64,000 nucleotides of DNA from Phoronis australis. Its lineage: Eukaryota; Animalia; Phoronida. The notes below the pieces were generated by a model. The model saw only the letters and a program-made list of their open reading frames with translations. It had not been told where the DNA came from and ran no database searches. The stretch is from positions 155,690 through 219,689 of the forward strand of contig NMRA01000545.1 of NCBI GenBank assembly GCA_002633005.1, written 5' to 3'. This document shows positions 10,218 through 24,402 of the stretch, one piece after another. The position numbers and the translations under genes were made by a program. Each line of letters begins with the position of its first letter. Position 1 is the stretch's first letter.

Positions 10218-12531
10218 CAGTGGCGGATCTACGGGGGAGTTCAGAGGGTTCAAACCCCCCCCCCCTTTGGGCAAGGACCCAAAAATAAAAAAAAACAACA
10301 AAAACGTTTACAGCAAAACAAAAACGGCACCGCTAGCTTGTGTAAACCCCAAGTAAACCAACTTGGAAAAAATTGAGGGGGTTCATTCTGAAAATAAAAT
10401 TTTTTGCATTGTGAATTGCTGAGTCTTCGTGGCTCTTCGGCAAAACGTGCGGAGATCAATTGTACGCGCTTCCGTCGACACTTCTGAAGTAGCCAAGCAT
10501 TTTAGATGGATCCACCGCTGAAAGAGCAGTTCTATAGCTGATTTCTTTAGGTAACTAGCTTCTTTACTCTAAGATATGTTTTGATTTGATTAGGGGAAAT
10601 ACTGTGGTGCCGCAACCCAGATATTCAGCCGAATTGACATGCAACGTTTTTACCTCATCTGTCATGCCGTGTCATTCTACTACACTCCACACGTTTGTAA
10701 CTGATGTATAGTAAAGTTGTCTTGTGCAATATCATACAGTGTACATGTACATGTAATATTTTTGAAAAAAATTCTTTTTCCGAAGAATTGCTATTGTGGC
10801 GGGCGCCGTGGTCTGGTCGCGATACCGTTTGAAGATACACTCTAACAAGTTATGTCTATACAAGGAATGACCAAGGGGGGACTCACATTGACAAAGTGAC
10901 CGCATTCGCAAACAGTGTACAGTACCAGAAATTGCGAGGAGGCTGTTCTTTCACAACAAAGTCTTGCGATGTTCAATAGGCCTCCTAAGGAGCCCTAGTT
11001 CCGACCTCAACACCTACCGTCTTTCTACCTGCAATAAGCACACTGCCGTCTTCCGCAGAAAGGCCCACCCGACGAAACACTCATGCTCATGGGCATTTAT
11101 ATGATGTTAGTACGTCGGGTTTCAAGCGTTCAGACATTGGGACGTTTATTTCGAAAATTGCAAGAGATGCAAATAGGTCCTGGGATACATCGTCAAGGTT
11201 TGAAGTAGTCCACGATGAACGGATCAAATTTAGTTGCGCATGTAAGTCTTTTGAATGGACTTGGCAACCTCAAGGGTCTTAGTGCCAACTGAGCTGCGAA
11301 ACGAGATGCTGACATTGTAGAGGCTTACAAGCTTTTTGACACAGCAGTTGACGAAGTGCAAGCGTTGGGAACAAACATCGAAGATATCTGGGTAGAATGG
11401 TTCCAAGACGAGCAAACCATTGGATTCTATATACAGATTCCTAGGCAGTCTAGACAACATAAGGATAGGACTAACGTATGAGTAACCACTGGGGATTAAA
11501 AGTGTCTAGAGAGAAGTTTTCAATTCCAATTTTTTGACATAGTACACTTTAGGACTCGCGACGGACCAGGCCAGCTTGATTTGTGTAGATGTTGAGTTTC
11601 AGTATACTTCTGGTCCCTCGGCGAACTAGTCTTGCGACTTTTTTTACCAAAGTGTGCTGTGTAAAACTATTTATCTCAGCCAGTACTGTTTGGTCCCGCG
11701 ACAGATCGACTATTTTTATAGAGATAATAAGCACAGGGTTACTCTTGGCCTTTTTGTGTACTCTCATTGTACATCTGGTCCCTCGGCAAACTAGTCCAGT
11801 ATATCTGTTCACCACTGTGCACAGGATGTTTTGGTTTCGTGAAACTTTTTTCAGATGATTTGTTTCCTGATACATTTGAAGTTTTTCAATTGTTGTCAAC
11901 GTGATTCAGCTTAATAAAGTGATACTTAATTATTTATTGTCGCTTTTAATAATAGACTATGAGCTGAGAGCACCATCGTTCGCCAGGTTTTCTCGTAACG
12001 AAACAGAACACATGTTTATTTCCGGACTAACAGTGCAGGTCTTCGTTCTTAAATAACTTGAGGCTGCTGTTACGTGATCATCTGATATTCAAGTTTTTAT
12101 GCCCCGTCGGTGATCCGTATGCTCTTGAATATTTGGAAGTTGTCTAAACCCCTGTATGCACACCACATTTTTCGTATACGACTTTTCGTGCTAAAAAAGG
12201 TGTGTGTAACTAGATGTTCGAACAAGAAATTTTGCTGGTGGCGTGACTCATACCCAGATGTGCACAATATGGTTTCACGAAACTTATGTGCCAAGTTCAT
12301 GTGACGAAATCCAGAAGGGTTTTTTTAATTATCTTAAGAAAAACTTCAGAGACATGTTAAGTGCCAGAAACTTACCAGGATGCATGGAAATTTCACTATT
12401 TGGCTACAAAAACAAAAAATGTCTGACACAGGAGGAGGGAACTCCCCTCTCGTCCTCCCCCCGCTCGGCGCCACGCGCCTAGGATTCGACCTTTGCGGGA
12501 ATCCCTTACTGAAAACGTAGATCCGCCACTG
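10218..12531 (+). mobile_element. Decayed hAT-like DNA transposon, or cluster of related hAT MITE ends
   Basis: 16-bp perfect inverted pair cagtggcggatctacg (10218-10233) / cgtagatccgccactg (12516-12531); internal plus-strand KRDADIVEAYKLFDTAVDEVQALGTNIEDIWVEWF...IPR (~11300-11445) resembles a hAT transposase. No matching 8-bp TSD, and an alternative end lies at 10520. Confidence 0.55.
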
Positions 12532-14548
12532 AGGAACGACAATCGTCTGCAACAAGGTGAGGAAAACATTAAAAGCATACCTTCGGTTCATCTTTGGTCT
12601 CATACCAAGTGATTATAATAGTAAGCATTCACATGCGCATTTTTCAAGTCTTTCTTCATTCACAGGAGGCGTTATTAACGGCCAGCTACAATAACGTCAC
12701 AGTTCATCAGTCGTGCCACTGCCAGTTATGCAAGGGGAAAATGGATCCAGTGCTGGTCTTACGGGTTTTAGTCGCATTTTGCATGCACACCTGGGGTTAG
12801 CTTGCTACTTGTGTCAAAATCGTGACTTTGGTTGATCCCAGTACACTTATGTGCATCAATTAAAGATATCTGTTTACGACCTAGTTGTTTCAGATGATAT
12901 TACGGAACTTGTTAAACTGTCACCATTGCAGTAATAAATGTTCCTCCCGAAATATCCAGTCATTGTTGTTATTTGATGCATTATTCGATAGTGATGGGAT
13001 TACAGACAAATGAAGGAAAGAACCTTTAAAGCTATCAAATTTCGAACTGAAACATCTCATATGGTTCAATTTCACCCTTCCCATGCTGAAGAAGGGACCT
13101 CTAATTTTGTTCTTAAATCGTACTACCTGTTATGTTTTAGGGACACGACGTTGCGTTTTAGCCAACCTTTACCCCCAAATTGTACCTTTTGTGGAAAAAA
13201 GAGAATGCTATAGATACAAAACAGAGTTGAAGTACTAAGTCTAAGTTTTATTAGGTAAAAATTTATGAATTCTAAAAATGTTCAAGTTGAGTAAATAGTT
13301 TTGTATTTAGGACCAAAAAAGTTAGAGGCATGAATAAATGTTTTAAATAACCTAAGGAGACTGCATACCAACCGTGAAATACGGACCCATACAATGGCTC
13401 TTATACTCTCCCGTACTCTTATGGCCATATTCACAAATATATGGGATAATAAATGCTATGAAACCTTGTAAGTTGAATTAAAAGGGATATTATCGTGCTT
13501 ACGCTTGAAAGTGTATACTTGGGGTTATCGTTGAATGGGAGAGTCGGAGAGACTAGTTATAAGCTTTGACCAGAGGTATAAATCAACATAATCCCGTTGT
13601 TTTTTGTTTTTTTTTTTGTTTTTTTTTTGATTTGACTACAAATCGCCAATTTTCGACGTTGTCTCCTAGACGGTCGCTGAATTCAAGGTTGGTGCCCTTG
13701 GTCTTTTAAAAGAGCTAAACACTCTTCACTAAATGCTATTTTTATACGTTGAGATTTGACTCAGCGGTAGTAAGAGCGGTCTGTGAAGTTGATGGGTTCA
13801 CATTCGCTCTATCACTAATTTCTGCAAAAATTACTCCACCTCTCACTAATAATATATCTTTAAAACACAACACGCAATTGAGTCGTCTATCGATCAGCTC
13901 TTTGGCGTATGAAACGAAACATCACTTGGCCAACACGTGGCGTGTATGAAGACTAATAATTCTTACATGTCGGAAACTTCATGGATTTAATGCATTTTGC
14001 TCGCAAGTTTAATATCCTGCCGTCAATCTTCCGCGTAATCTTTGTTTTCATAACTTATTTTTGTGACGATATAATTTTGCATCATCTAGACCAGCATTGA
14101 CGAATGAAAAACGAGTTTCCCGCATTGTTTATCCATATCTCTCGTCGAAACTAAATCTCTAATTGTCTAGACGGAGACACCGATGTGTAAATCACCTAAG
14201 TGATGAGCAAATTGTTTTGTAATTACCGACTGTAGAAAGGTTGTTTTCGAGTAATTTTGCGTGGCAGTTCAACTTCGAACACCGTTTAGTGAAATTGCTG
14301 GTTACGAGGAATCCGATATCGATGCAACCAAGAAAGCAGACCCGTTATAGCATCTGTAAAGTAACAACAGTTACGGCCGATTATTTACTTTGTTCCCAAA
14401 AACTCCTGCAGTCTAGAAATTCTCGCGAAACTTGAGGAAACTCCTACTTGACAGTTTGAAGGCGATTATCTTCGGATAGAGGACATATATTGGCAGACTG
14501 CATTGATGTTCAACTCTTGTCTGTAGTGAACGGCATACTACAAGTAAT

Positions 14549-15460
14549 ATGAATGCTTCTGGTAACAGGACGGCTTGGTTTCTTAACGACCAAGTTTCTG
14601 TGTATTTCATTTCTGCCAGAGTGGTAATGCAAGTGTTTTGGATGTTTTATATATCACTCAGCAACGGATTAATCATTTTCTGCATTCTGAAATATAAACT
14701 CTGGAAAAAGTCCTACAATGTTTTTATCGTCGGTCTTGCATTTACCGATCTTCTTGTGGGCACCGTAGTCTTACCCATAGACATTTGGCGTAAGCTTGGT
14801 GTCCGCCTGTTGTGGGCTGCTAACGGATCGCCCACTGGACTGGAAGCGTCTCTGTCCGGTTGCCTTTTTCTCATCTTCATCTCCGTTTTGCCGTTACTTT
14901 GTTCATACGTAACCATCGTTTTCATTTCGTTGGACCGTTTTATCAGTATAGTTTCCCCGCTTCGCCATCACGCAATTTCAAGTCCGGTCAAGAATGGTAT
15001 ATGTGTATTGATCGGGTTTATGTCGATGGCCAGTCTTCTGGGAGCCTCTTGTCTGATACCGGTCATTTCCACAAACGCAAGGCCTTACGACCCCTTTACA
15101 GAGAGGTGTACGTACAACCTACTGCCCAATAATATGAGGAGTGTCATTAGCGTCGCATTGGCTATCGTGTTATGCGTTAGCTACTTCTGCCACATTTTCG
15201 TTGCCTGTAAAGCGTGTCGGTCGCGAAACGCCATCGCTCCGTCGAATTTAACAGCGGAAATTAATCGAAAGATCAAAACTGCAAAGGGGACATTTCTGAT
15301 TTTGGTTACGTTCACTGTCTGCATTATGCCTTCTGTGGTGCTCAAAGCTTTGCCGATTACGAAGAACTATACACTTACCATAGAGTACATCGATTATGTG
15401 TTTGTGGATATAATTTATCTAAATTCTGCGTTCAATCCACTTATATACACTTATTCGTAA
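14549..15460 (+). CDS. Intronless class A (rhodopsin-like) orphan GPCR, probably truncated by a premature TAA
   Basis: N-glycosylation sites (NAS, NRT), SNGL (TM1), LAFTDLLVG (TM2), SLDRF (TM3), FTVCIMP (TM6), NSAFNPLIY (TM7); a helix-8-like frame continues to 15556. Confidence 0.88.
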   Translation: MNASGNRTAWFLNDQVSVYFISARVVMQVFWMFYISLSNGLIIFCILKYKLWKKSYNVFIVGLAFTDLLVGTVVLPIDIWRKLGVRLLWAANGSPTGLEASLSGCLFLIFISVLPLLCSYVTIVFISLDRFISIVSPLRHHAISSPVKNGICVLIGFMSMASLLGASCLIPVISTNARPYDPFTERCTYNLLPNNMRSVISVALAIVLCVSYFCHIFVACKACRSRNAIAPSNLTAEINRKIKTAKGTFLILVTFTVCIMPSVVLKALPITKNYTLTIEYIDYVFVDIIYLNSAFNPLIYTYS

Positions 15461-17087
15461 TCCGAAATACGGAAGTTCGTAACGAAAGTCTTGTGTTTGA
15501 TTGCCAGAAAGTACCGCATAGGGACATCAACGTTGACAACACAGACAAGACACTAAACGAGCTGTGAATAAACTATCATGAGGTGCAATGTGGACAGGGC
15601 AATATGGATTGCTTCCCCACTGCGGAACATTTAATCTTAACATTCTTTATTCACTGCGACTTAACGTCAGTGGGAACGGTCATTTACTACCGAACTAAAT
15701 TTACAGGGGTATAAAATGTACTCCTCTTCAGAACATGGGATAGACTACCGACGTTAAATTTAGTCCACGACCGGGCTTAACTCTTTGGGGAAGCTTAATC
15801 AACCACACGCAGTACAATGTTCTCGTTGGTTTGACGCGAATTCCCAAGAGCGAAATCGATTATACGCAACTGCATCAGTCTCAGTCGTCGGCTGCCGCGT
15901 TAGCTTAGTGTTATATCTTGTTGAGAAATATCACGAGACGGTTACAAGGAAGTCCGGACTTTAAATTGGTCTCTGGATGAAACTGCAATCCCGATGTAGC
16001 AGTGCAATTTGAATGATCATCTACGTCTTGGTTTCACAATGATCTGTGTCTCATGTCCAATTGTGGTCTTAACCTTATCCTGCGCCAGCGAAGTCAACTG
16101 ACATGCCACTTACCCTATTACAATGCGTTGGGTATTCTCAATCGACTGTGATAAGCTGCAGCTGGCGTGCGTTCAGTAGACGCTAGGACCTAGCTAAAAC
16201 CTAGTCAAAGTCACGTGTTCTCGTTTAAAATGCACGGCAATATCTCAAGTAATCTCGCGAAGTCTTGGTTTTTAGCGAGGTCCCAGCTGACATGCCACTT
16301 ATCCCATTACAATGCGTTGGGTGTTCTCAATCGACTATGATAAGCTGCAGCTTGGCTGCGCTTATGATTTTAATTCAGAATTTGTAAGAGCCCTAGAATG
16401 ATGTTTAGATATGTGAGCATGTGTATTCCATAGTTCACATTTTCCTCTACATTTCTCTGACTTAAACCATATGGCTGTAATTACTAGTTTGGGAGATATT
16501 GGCAGGTTTGTATAAGCGCACACACATAATTTCATCATATGGCTGGAGCCAGAGTGAGAGTATGACAGGGGATCAATTTAGTTTCGCTAAGGCTATGATG
16601 AACATTTGATATGCATATGGTGAAAGTCTCCATTAAACTCTGGACAACTTTTATAGTGGCTTCTTTTCTGTGAAATTAGCATTCCCCATCAATTTCCAAT
16701 TTAAAATAGGTCATAAGTCTGGGTGACCTTCGTAACAGCTTAGTGTACAGCAGTAGTGATGACCTACTTAGCTCAGCACACAGGGAAAGTAGTCTGAATA
16801 GAGGCTCGGCAGGATAAGGGTATTAATCTGTTTACCGCGAGATACTTGTACATGCATTTTTTGTGGCAGCTGCCATGCAGTTCACCTGATTGGAACTCTG
16901 CCAGGCGAATTACGGTTGTTTATCTCAATAATTTAAGGACTGTTGCGCTGCTTTCTTACTCCAGTTTGGCCAAGGGGAAACCAGCTATGGGCATCCCGCC
17001 AAACTGCGTTAAGTGGTTTATCAAGAGTGTGACACTAAGGCAAGAATGGATGCAATCTCAAAGTTACTTCAGTTATACCGCAGATTT

Positions 17088-17437
17088 AGCGAGGGTCCCG
17101 GACGTCAGAATATGTACCCGGCCAGCAAAGGTCCCGGAGCTCAAAATATGTACCAGCGAAGGTCTCGAACCTCAAAATATGTACCAGCGAAGGTCCCGAA
17201 CCTCAAAATATGTACCAGCGATGGTCCCAAACCTCCGCAAAATATGTACCAGCGAAGGTACCGGACCTCGAAATATGTACCAGCGAAGGTCTCGAACCTC
17301 CAAATATGTACCAGCGATGGTCCAGGATATCAAAATATGTACCAGCGAAGGTCCCGGACCTCCAAATATGTACCAAATAAGGTCCCGGACCTCCAAATAT
17401 GTACCAGCGAAGGTCCCGGACCTCCAAATGTGTACCA
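17088..17437. repeat. 31-bp minisatellite, ~11 units
   Basis: Unit tcaaaatatgtaccagcgaaggtcccgaacc, head to tail. Confidence 0.95.
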
Positions 17438-20400
17438 ACATAATTTGGATACTCCAAATAGTTTTAACTTAACCAACTTTCTTCTGTATCAGTGCATCCC
17501 AAGTCAAACCCCCAAAAATAGTCCAGTTAACGCCATAGTCACCGGTGCCTAAATGAACACAAATGGGAGTGACTTGCACGTGTGGTTGTGATTCAAGCAA
17601 GTGTCATTTAAGAGAAATCGAGAAAAGGCGTGGATTTTTGGAAAAAAAAACATGGTGTCAGGTCACGAGATCTCCACTAATGCACCAGAGGCGGTTCTAA
17701 TGCTGTAATGCTGGACACTCCGGTTACTTTGGCGCATAAAAGTCATATATGTGGTTAAAAGCTGCATTTCGCTGCTAATGATACCACTCGAGCTTTGTTC
17801 CAGTTGACAAACCCTATTAAGATGGATTTCGAAAATAGCACACATATTTACCCTGACACAAATGGAACGTTATCATGGTAAAAAATAAAAGGAGTCCCGA
17901 TTTTATGATGATGGCCTTCTCTAGTTTTTTTTTTAGACAGCTAAACAGGGCGGAATGCAGCTTTTAGTAATTACATGTATTTGAATTTCAGTAATGATAA
18001 TTATTTACTGGATTAAATTACATGAGTTTAAAGTTTAAACTTGATTGCAATTTCAAAAAAACTCCGACAAGCATTGTTGACAGCTGTAATTACGGTTCCT
18101 CTGAGAAACCGGTTGGCTACATACATGAACACATGCAGGACTACCTAAGTTCAAGACCATATCCGTAAAGGCTGTTACACTTTCCTAAAATACCATTCTG
18201 TTTTCGTTTTATGCAAATTTAATTTTTTTTTTGTGAAAATCATGAAAGTCTTATTTGATAGCTTCTCATGCAAAAGTGAACAATTGTAAAAACAATTCCC
18301 AATAACGCATATTTTCTGTAAGTTTCACATCAATCCGAACTGACATTTATGAGATAAAATTTTCCGAAGTTACCCAAATTTGGACATTTTTCTATGATCC
18401 TATATAACACTACATTTAAGAAAGATTTCGAATTAACACAGTAATTAGCTTCTTGCCAAACGATAACTACGACCGTAACCAATCAATTAGAGCCATAATT
18501 ACTTTGTTGCCAAATGATAACTACGACCGTAACCAATTACAGCTACAATTACTTAGCTAATTTCCTGATTATGACCGCAATTTCAAGAGAATGAAACTAC
18601 AAGAAAATGTAGTCGGTTTCGCAAAACGTGACGTCACAATGACGTGTTCCTATTGTAAAACAGGTTAGAGTTCTATACAGCTTAATCACGCAGTCACCAT
18701 TTTAGTAGTGAACCTCTTTTAGGTTTTTTAAAAATGCATTCTATGCTTAATCACAGCGCAAAGAGTGATTTGTATTGTGATTGTGGCCGTTTCAAAATCC
18801 CTTGTTGAAGCACGGCCGAAATTGTTTGGTGGCTGGGCAAAATGTGTCCCAAAAATATACACATTTCAACACAGTTCCCGGGATCACTAAGATTCCGCGC
18901 GGGCCTACTGCATGGTTGCACCTTATTTTTAACGTGGGTGTGTCAGTCATGACATGCTCCGTCTGTGTAGTGTGCACGGGAAATGCAAGCAAACTATTCA
19001 GTTTTGAAGGACAAAAATTCATTGCGCAATACTACTGGAAAGTAAAAACATCAAGAAAGTGCAAAGACAACCTTTCGAAATGAGTTTAATTTGATTTATT
19101 TAAATACTTAAACTTCTTTTCCCATCTACGGCTTGCGAATTTTTAATAATCACTAATCTAGCTTCAAAGTCAATAAACAATTTATTGTCATTTGATTTGT
19201 GAGAACATTTGGGGACACTTTGTAGAGCTGTCCGACATTCACTAATATCCTTAAAACTTTTTTCAGATAGACAAAAAATCGTTACGTGTACTTTGCTATT
19301 TGGGGATCTGATGATAGATCGAGTTTTCTCAATGTCAGCCTACAACTAAGTTCAGTGAAGCATCGTAATTTCTTACAAGATTATCTTCTAACTGTCAAAA
19401 ACTCATCTATCAATCATTCGATTTTCGTAGATACATAAACATGTAAATCATAAATCAACAACAAACTCCATGACCAATGCGTTTACCTTGATTTAATGAC
19501 TTTTAATTAAAATTCCTCTTTGATCTCCTGTTTGTGAGTTTAAACGACAAATCTCGAACCTAAGTCAAAAAGCAATGCATTTATTGTCATTTGAATTGTG
19601 AGTATATTTTTGGGAACTGTCCGAATTTTATCAATGTCTTTGAGAGTTATTTCAGGTAGGCAAAAAATCGTCTAAGTGTACTTTAATATTTGGGGACAGA
19701 TTATATAGTTTTTTCAACTTCAAATTGCAAATAAGTTCACTGAAACATCATCAATTCTTACAAGTTTAGTATATAATTGTCAAACCTAATCTATGAGTTG
19801 ATTTTCAATATATGAAAATCTAAATCAGAAACCAACGAATTTGTTAAGGATAACGGAAGGTTATAAGCAATTTCCGCAGGCATGCTCGCAGATTTTTGAC
19901 GGGTATTCGGGGGAACATGGGAGACGGGGCATTCGTTTTTAGGTGTATTGTTGCTTATTTCAGAGGTACCTATAACGGTTCACGAGTTAAAGCTGAACTC
20001 GAAAAAACGCTAAAATCTTTGTAAGTACATTTAGTACTCCCATTCGAAATGAACATGTACGTGGTCATCACATCGTGGCCACGATAGTCTTTTCGATACG
20101 TGCGGATTCCTTACAAACAACTCCTAATAACGATCTTCAAAGGAATTACTATTCTTGTGATATCGTGGGAATAAAGTAACATTATTTTATAACTAACCAT
20201 CGGAAATAATCCTTTTGTATAATTTACCAATTGTGGTCTTCACGTTTTTCAAAATTCTACCTTTCCAACAGCGGCCAATCCCATTGTATTTTTTACATTT
20301 TTGGTTAAGCCGAATGTCTTAATGCTGCGAATGTTTTGTGTTTTTGATGAATTTGGAATCTAAACTTCCCCTCGTGAATACTTAGCAGTGTCGGATTTAC

Positions 20401-22314
20401 ATGTGTAGATGAACAAAGGGACAATTACCCGAACCACCCCACCGAGAGAGGGTCCCGCCTAAAATGGGACACCTTAAAATGAAAGGCTAAACATCATTAA
20501 GCTTGGAAAAGAGTGACAGTTCTTTTCATGGTCATTTGACCCTGTAAGAAGTGACCTTCCTCAACATGAAAGCCGGTTGTACGATTTCACAAAAAATAGG
20601 AGCGGCCCCTATGAATTTGTTAATAAAACACGAAAAGGGTGGCTAGTTGAATGTCGTCATTGGCACCCTTCGAGGGCTGGGCCCCTAAATATGAAAATAT
20701 CTATATTTTCAAAGATCAGAAAATGCGCAACAACTGATATTATCTGTAAGGTCATCAATTGTTCTAAAGTGACGTACAATTTCGAGAAAAAATAAACGAA
20801 AAAATAGAGGGACAGCCGTCTCCGTTATCTTTTGCCAGAGAGGGACCTCTGGAAAAACATAGTTTTGCATTCCCAGAATTGTCTTACTGAATTTACAATT
20901 TTTTTGATTTTTCGAAATACTGTATGAATGATTAAGTGTCTATTTTCAAGTGCGCTTAGACGACCTATGTTGTAAAAACGGAGACAAGGCCTAAAAACAA
21001 TATCCTGGTCAGGGTCGTCAAAGGGTAAACCATGCACTGATACTGAGTTGTCACATGTTCTCTTGAATTTCCTCTCTTATCTGTTTTCGCAGACTTTCTT
21101 TTCTTTATTGTCCTCAGCCCTACGCCTATGTCGGTTGCTACGGCTTAACCCTGACGCCTGCAAAATTTTGAGAGGGCACATTCCCCGGTCCCGGCCTCCC
21201 CGCTTCCAACGGCCCTGTCAATTGTTGATATCCCTTTTGTTATTCACAGTGGTTCTCTGTCAGTGAAACAAAATTGAATGTGTTTGCCAAGTATTTTTAC
21301 GGTTTGTTCGTTAAAAGTTTGAATTTCTGATGATGTCAAAGCATTTTATTTTTAGTTTCAAATTTCGCAAATATCATCTGCCAACTGATTGTAGCTTCGT
21401 AGTTTTTTCTTCCACAAGCCAAAGCTCTTTATTTGGTATACATGTAGACGTAGCACTTTTCCCTTATATGGAAAACTTGACTTTTGACATTTGACCTAAA
21501 AACAAAACAATGGCGACTTCAAACAGCATTCAGTCCAATTGAGAAGCAATTGATGTAAGTCCTAACTGTATAAAATTAATTATTAAGGTATCGCAGTAAT
21601 CAAATATGTTTTAAAGTACACCCGATATTCTTATGGGAAATTGCTTGTTTCACTTAGTTATCTCATGTCGACCTAAGATTCGGAGTGCAATCGCGCTTGA
21701 TAATCCGACGTTAATTTCCATTTTATAGGTCAGCTGTTTGTCGAATGACTGAGAGCGCATGCGCAACTTTATCATAAGTAGGAGGGAGATTAGAAACTAT
21801 GGTGTGACTACATAGTTTCTCCTTAGTACGTATTTCAAAATATGTGATTTTTTTCTAAAAATTTCCTAACAATATAACTGTGTAGCAGACGTTGCGAGGT
21901 GGAACTTTCGTCTGGAATTGTTTATATTTTGACGAGCTTTCGCGTTCCGTGCTTCTTCAATATTTTTTAGACTCGGTCACTATTTCGATGATTCCACCGA
22001 TTTCCAAATGAGCCCAGACACAATAGGACCATTTCGGATTTCAATGCAACACTGGAATATCACTGGAGAGTTCTGTCGTCGTGTAATCTAGGACAGCCTT
22101 ATTAGTTACATCAAATTTAATTAAATTCAGCCCTACAGACTGTGTAACAAACGGCCACGGCTTCCGTCAGCACTTACATCCAACCAAGGCGCATTTTCTT
22201 TTTGAAAACGCAGACGTCACGATCCTATTGGCGTATTCTTATTCATGGAAAACTGAAAAAGGACAGACAAAAGTGAATTTTTGATCAGGGTTCTGTTTCA
22301 TGAAAGTAGATTAA

Positions 22315-23084
22315 AGGGAAAGGCAACCCTTTTTATGTCATTTTTAGCAAAAAAATGGTTCTTTGATTATCCCAGACATATTTTTCACTTAATGACAGCT
22401 TTTCGTAATTTTATTAATCATTCTTCCTTTTCTCAGGAAGTGACGTTTTGGGAGGAAAGAATGTCGTGCCAATTTCTTTTCATATAGTTTGACTGTGAGA
22501 GCTGTCGAGTCAGTCATTGTTATACCACGGCTGTGACAAGTTCGGTCGTCGTTTGCTTTGTTTACGAGTCAGTCAATATGCCACACTGTTGCTGCATACC
22601 TGGTTGTACTCATCATCGCCCAGAGCCTGTAAGCTGCCCTGCTGCGATGTTGAGTAGAGGGAGTGAATACAGGTCCAGTTCGACACCCAGTAAAGAGGAC
22701 AGTTCGTCGTCCAATGAATAGATCGGTGAGCCAAACTTTGATTTTGTCTAAAGTATTGGAGCTATTTAGAAGGTGCCAGGAGTGTGGCGAGGGAGTCACA
22801 CGGTGGGATGTAAGCAGTTTGTGTCCTCAGGTCACTATCCAGTGGGAGTGTGTCGCGGGACACTCGGGCAAGTGGGACAATTGTTCCTCTGTCCGTGAGA
22901 CGATAATGAGTACATCTCGGTACGCAGCAACAGTGTGACATGTTAACTGACTCGTAAACAAAAGCAAACGACGACTGAAAAATCACAACAGATGTAGAGC
23001 AATGACTGACTCGGCAGGTCTCACAGTCAGACTATATGAAAAGAAATTGGCGAGAAATACTTGCCTCCTAAAACGTCACTTCCG
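22315..23084 (+). mobile_element. Kolobok-derived non-autonomous element, right end missing
   Basis: TTAA|agggaaaaggcaacc start; long internal inverted repeats; THAP-start MPHCCCIPGC and ELFRRCQECG..WECVAGHSGKW transposase remnant; homologous to 55282-56193. Confidence 0.75.
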
Positions 23085-24050
23085 GAGTTGAACTCGACGG
23101 TCTCCGCAGTCATTTCTGGGGGCAAGCTTGCAAAAAGTGCCACTCTGGCAAGAATCAGCTGCCACTGCGTTTGCATTGAACGGGACTGAATTCCGACTTT
23201 CGCATTTGACATTCTGTATACGATTACAAATGAACAAATGTTGAATTTCGTACATCTCTTAGTATAAAAGTCAAATTAAGTTCATTACATGCAAAGAGAT
23301 CCCACGTGTCATTACAAGATTTCATCGTTAGTAAGTTTCCTACCACTACTACTTCCGTTACACAATCTGTTGCTCTGTTCATGTACCAGGACACACCGTA
23401 CAGGTCTTATGAAATAATCATCTAGTGAAGAAGGTCGTCACCCGTAACGTGCGACAATGAAACTAACAGCACTCTTTTATTTCTATTGAACAGAGGGGTT
23501 TTCCCACTTGAGTCAGCGTGTTGTTTCCTTTAGATCGCCAACTCGAGCCCTTTATGTGTAGGAGAAGGAGAGCTAAATACATATATCTTGTTTGGTTAAG
23601 CATGCTGCTCCCGGTGGCTTTAAAGCATCAATTGCATATCAAAGCACCAAAAAAATAAAACTACCCCATCGGTAGATCAGCTGTCAAATTCCGCAAACAC
23701 TATCTTATGATATGTTAATTAGCTGATCTCGGCATACAAAAGTGAATAAAAGTGGATGAATGCGAAGTGTGACGTCAAGTTTTCGTACACAAATATACAC
23801 AAAGCACCGTCTGAGCTTTGACAAATCTTACATAATCATCACGTAAAACCTAGGCTGACACTCCACAAACCCTACTCCATTGTTAGTAATTCTCGGTTAA
23901 ACACGAAAAGTTTCTTTTCTCTCTTAGTTGAACACACTATTTCCAATACTATGTATACCTACCTGCAAGCAAGGTGCGCGTTCACCTACTTTTATCCCAA
24001 AAGACGAGTGTTCGACGACGGCGTCACCACTGGACCTTTGAACATTTAAT

Positions 24051-24402
24051 TCGGACATTTGATAATTTGCTATAGTCTACTTTTCTGAAAGTCTTGATGA
24101 TTTTTGTAGTGTATTCGAATGATGATTTTTGTAGTGTTGGTTTAATACACGATTAAACGCTATCGGTTTTATGTTCTGTGTTAGCTGGTCGCCTCTTATC
24201 GTTATTAGTATTATTGATAGGATTCGCTTAATACCGTCGGGGCCTGTGTTAGACTTTACGCGATATCTGTTGTTGAGTTGGGTGGTTATCCCCTTTTGTA
24301 TACGCCTTTGTTTTTGATATATGAGACAGAACAAACAAAATACAACGACGACACTTGGCGCACACGAAATAAGTTTTGTTCTTATTCAGCATCCCTCTTT
24401 TG
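24051..24402 (+). mobile_element. Diverged fragment homologous to the Polinton subterminal region
   Basis: Shares blocks with ~9564-9915: ttagctggtcgc, tctgttgttgagttgggtg, aacgacgacact, acacgaaataagttttgttctt. Confidence 0.8.

Larger units (their letters stand above)
13875..23731 (+). repeat. Tandem segmental duplication, copy 1
   Basis: From caattgagtcgtctatcgatcagc to aattagctgatctcg; colinear with 24460-33894. Confidence 0.95.

Noticed and set aside
17088-17437. CRISPR-like appearance of ~30-bp repeats (also 28323-28640)
   Set aside because: Units are head to tail with no unique spacers, there are no cas genes, and the context is eukaryotic.
16846-17552. 208-aa and 179-aa ORFs as genes
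   Set aside because: Their length comes from the stop-poor minisatellite, and the frames are broken in copy 2.
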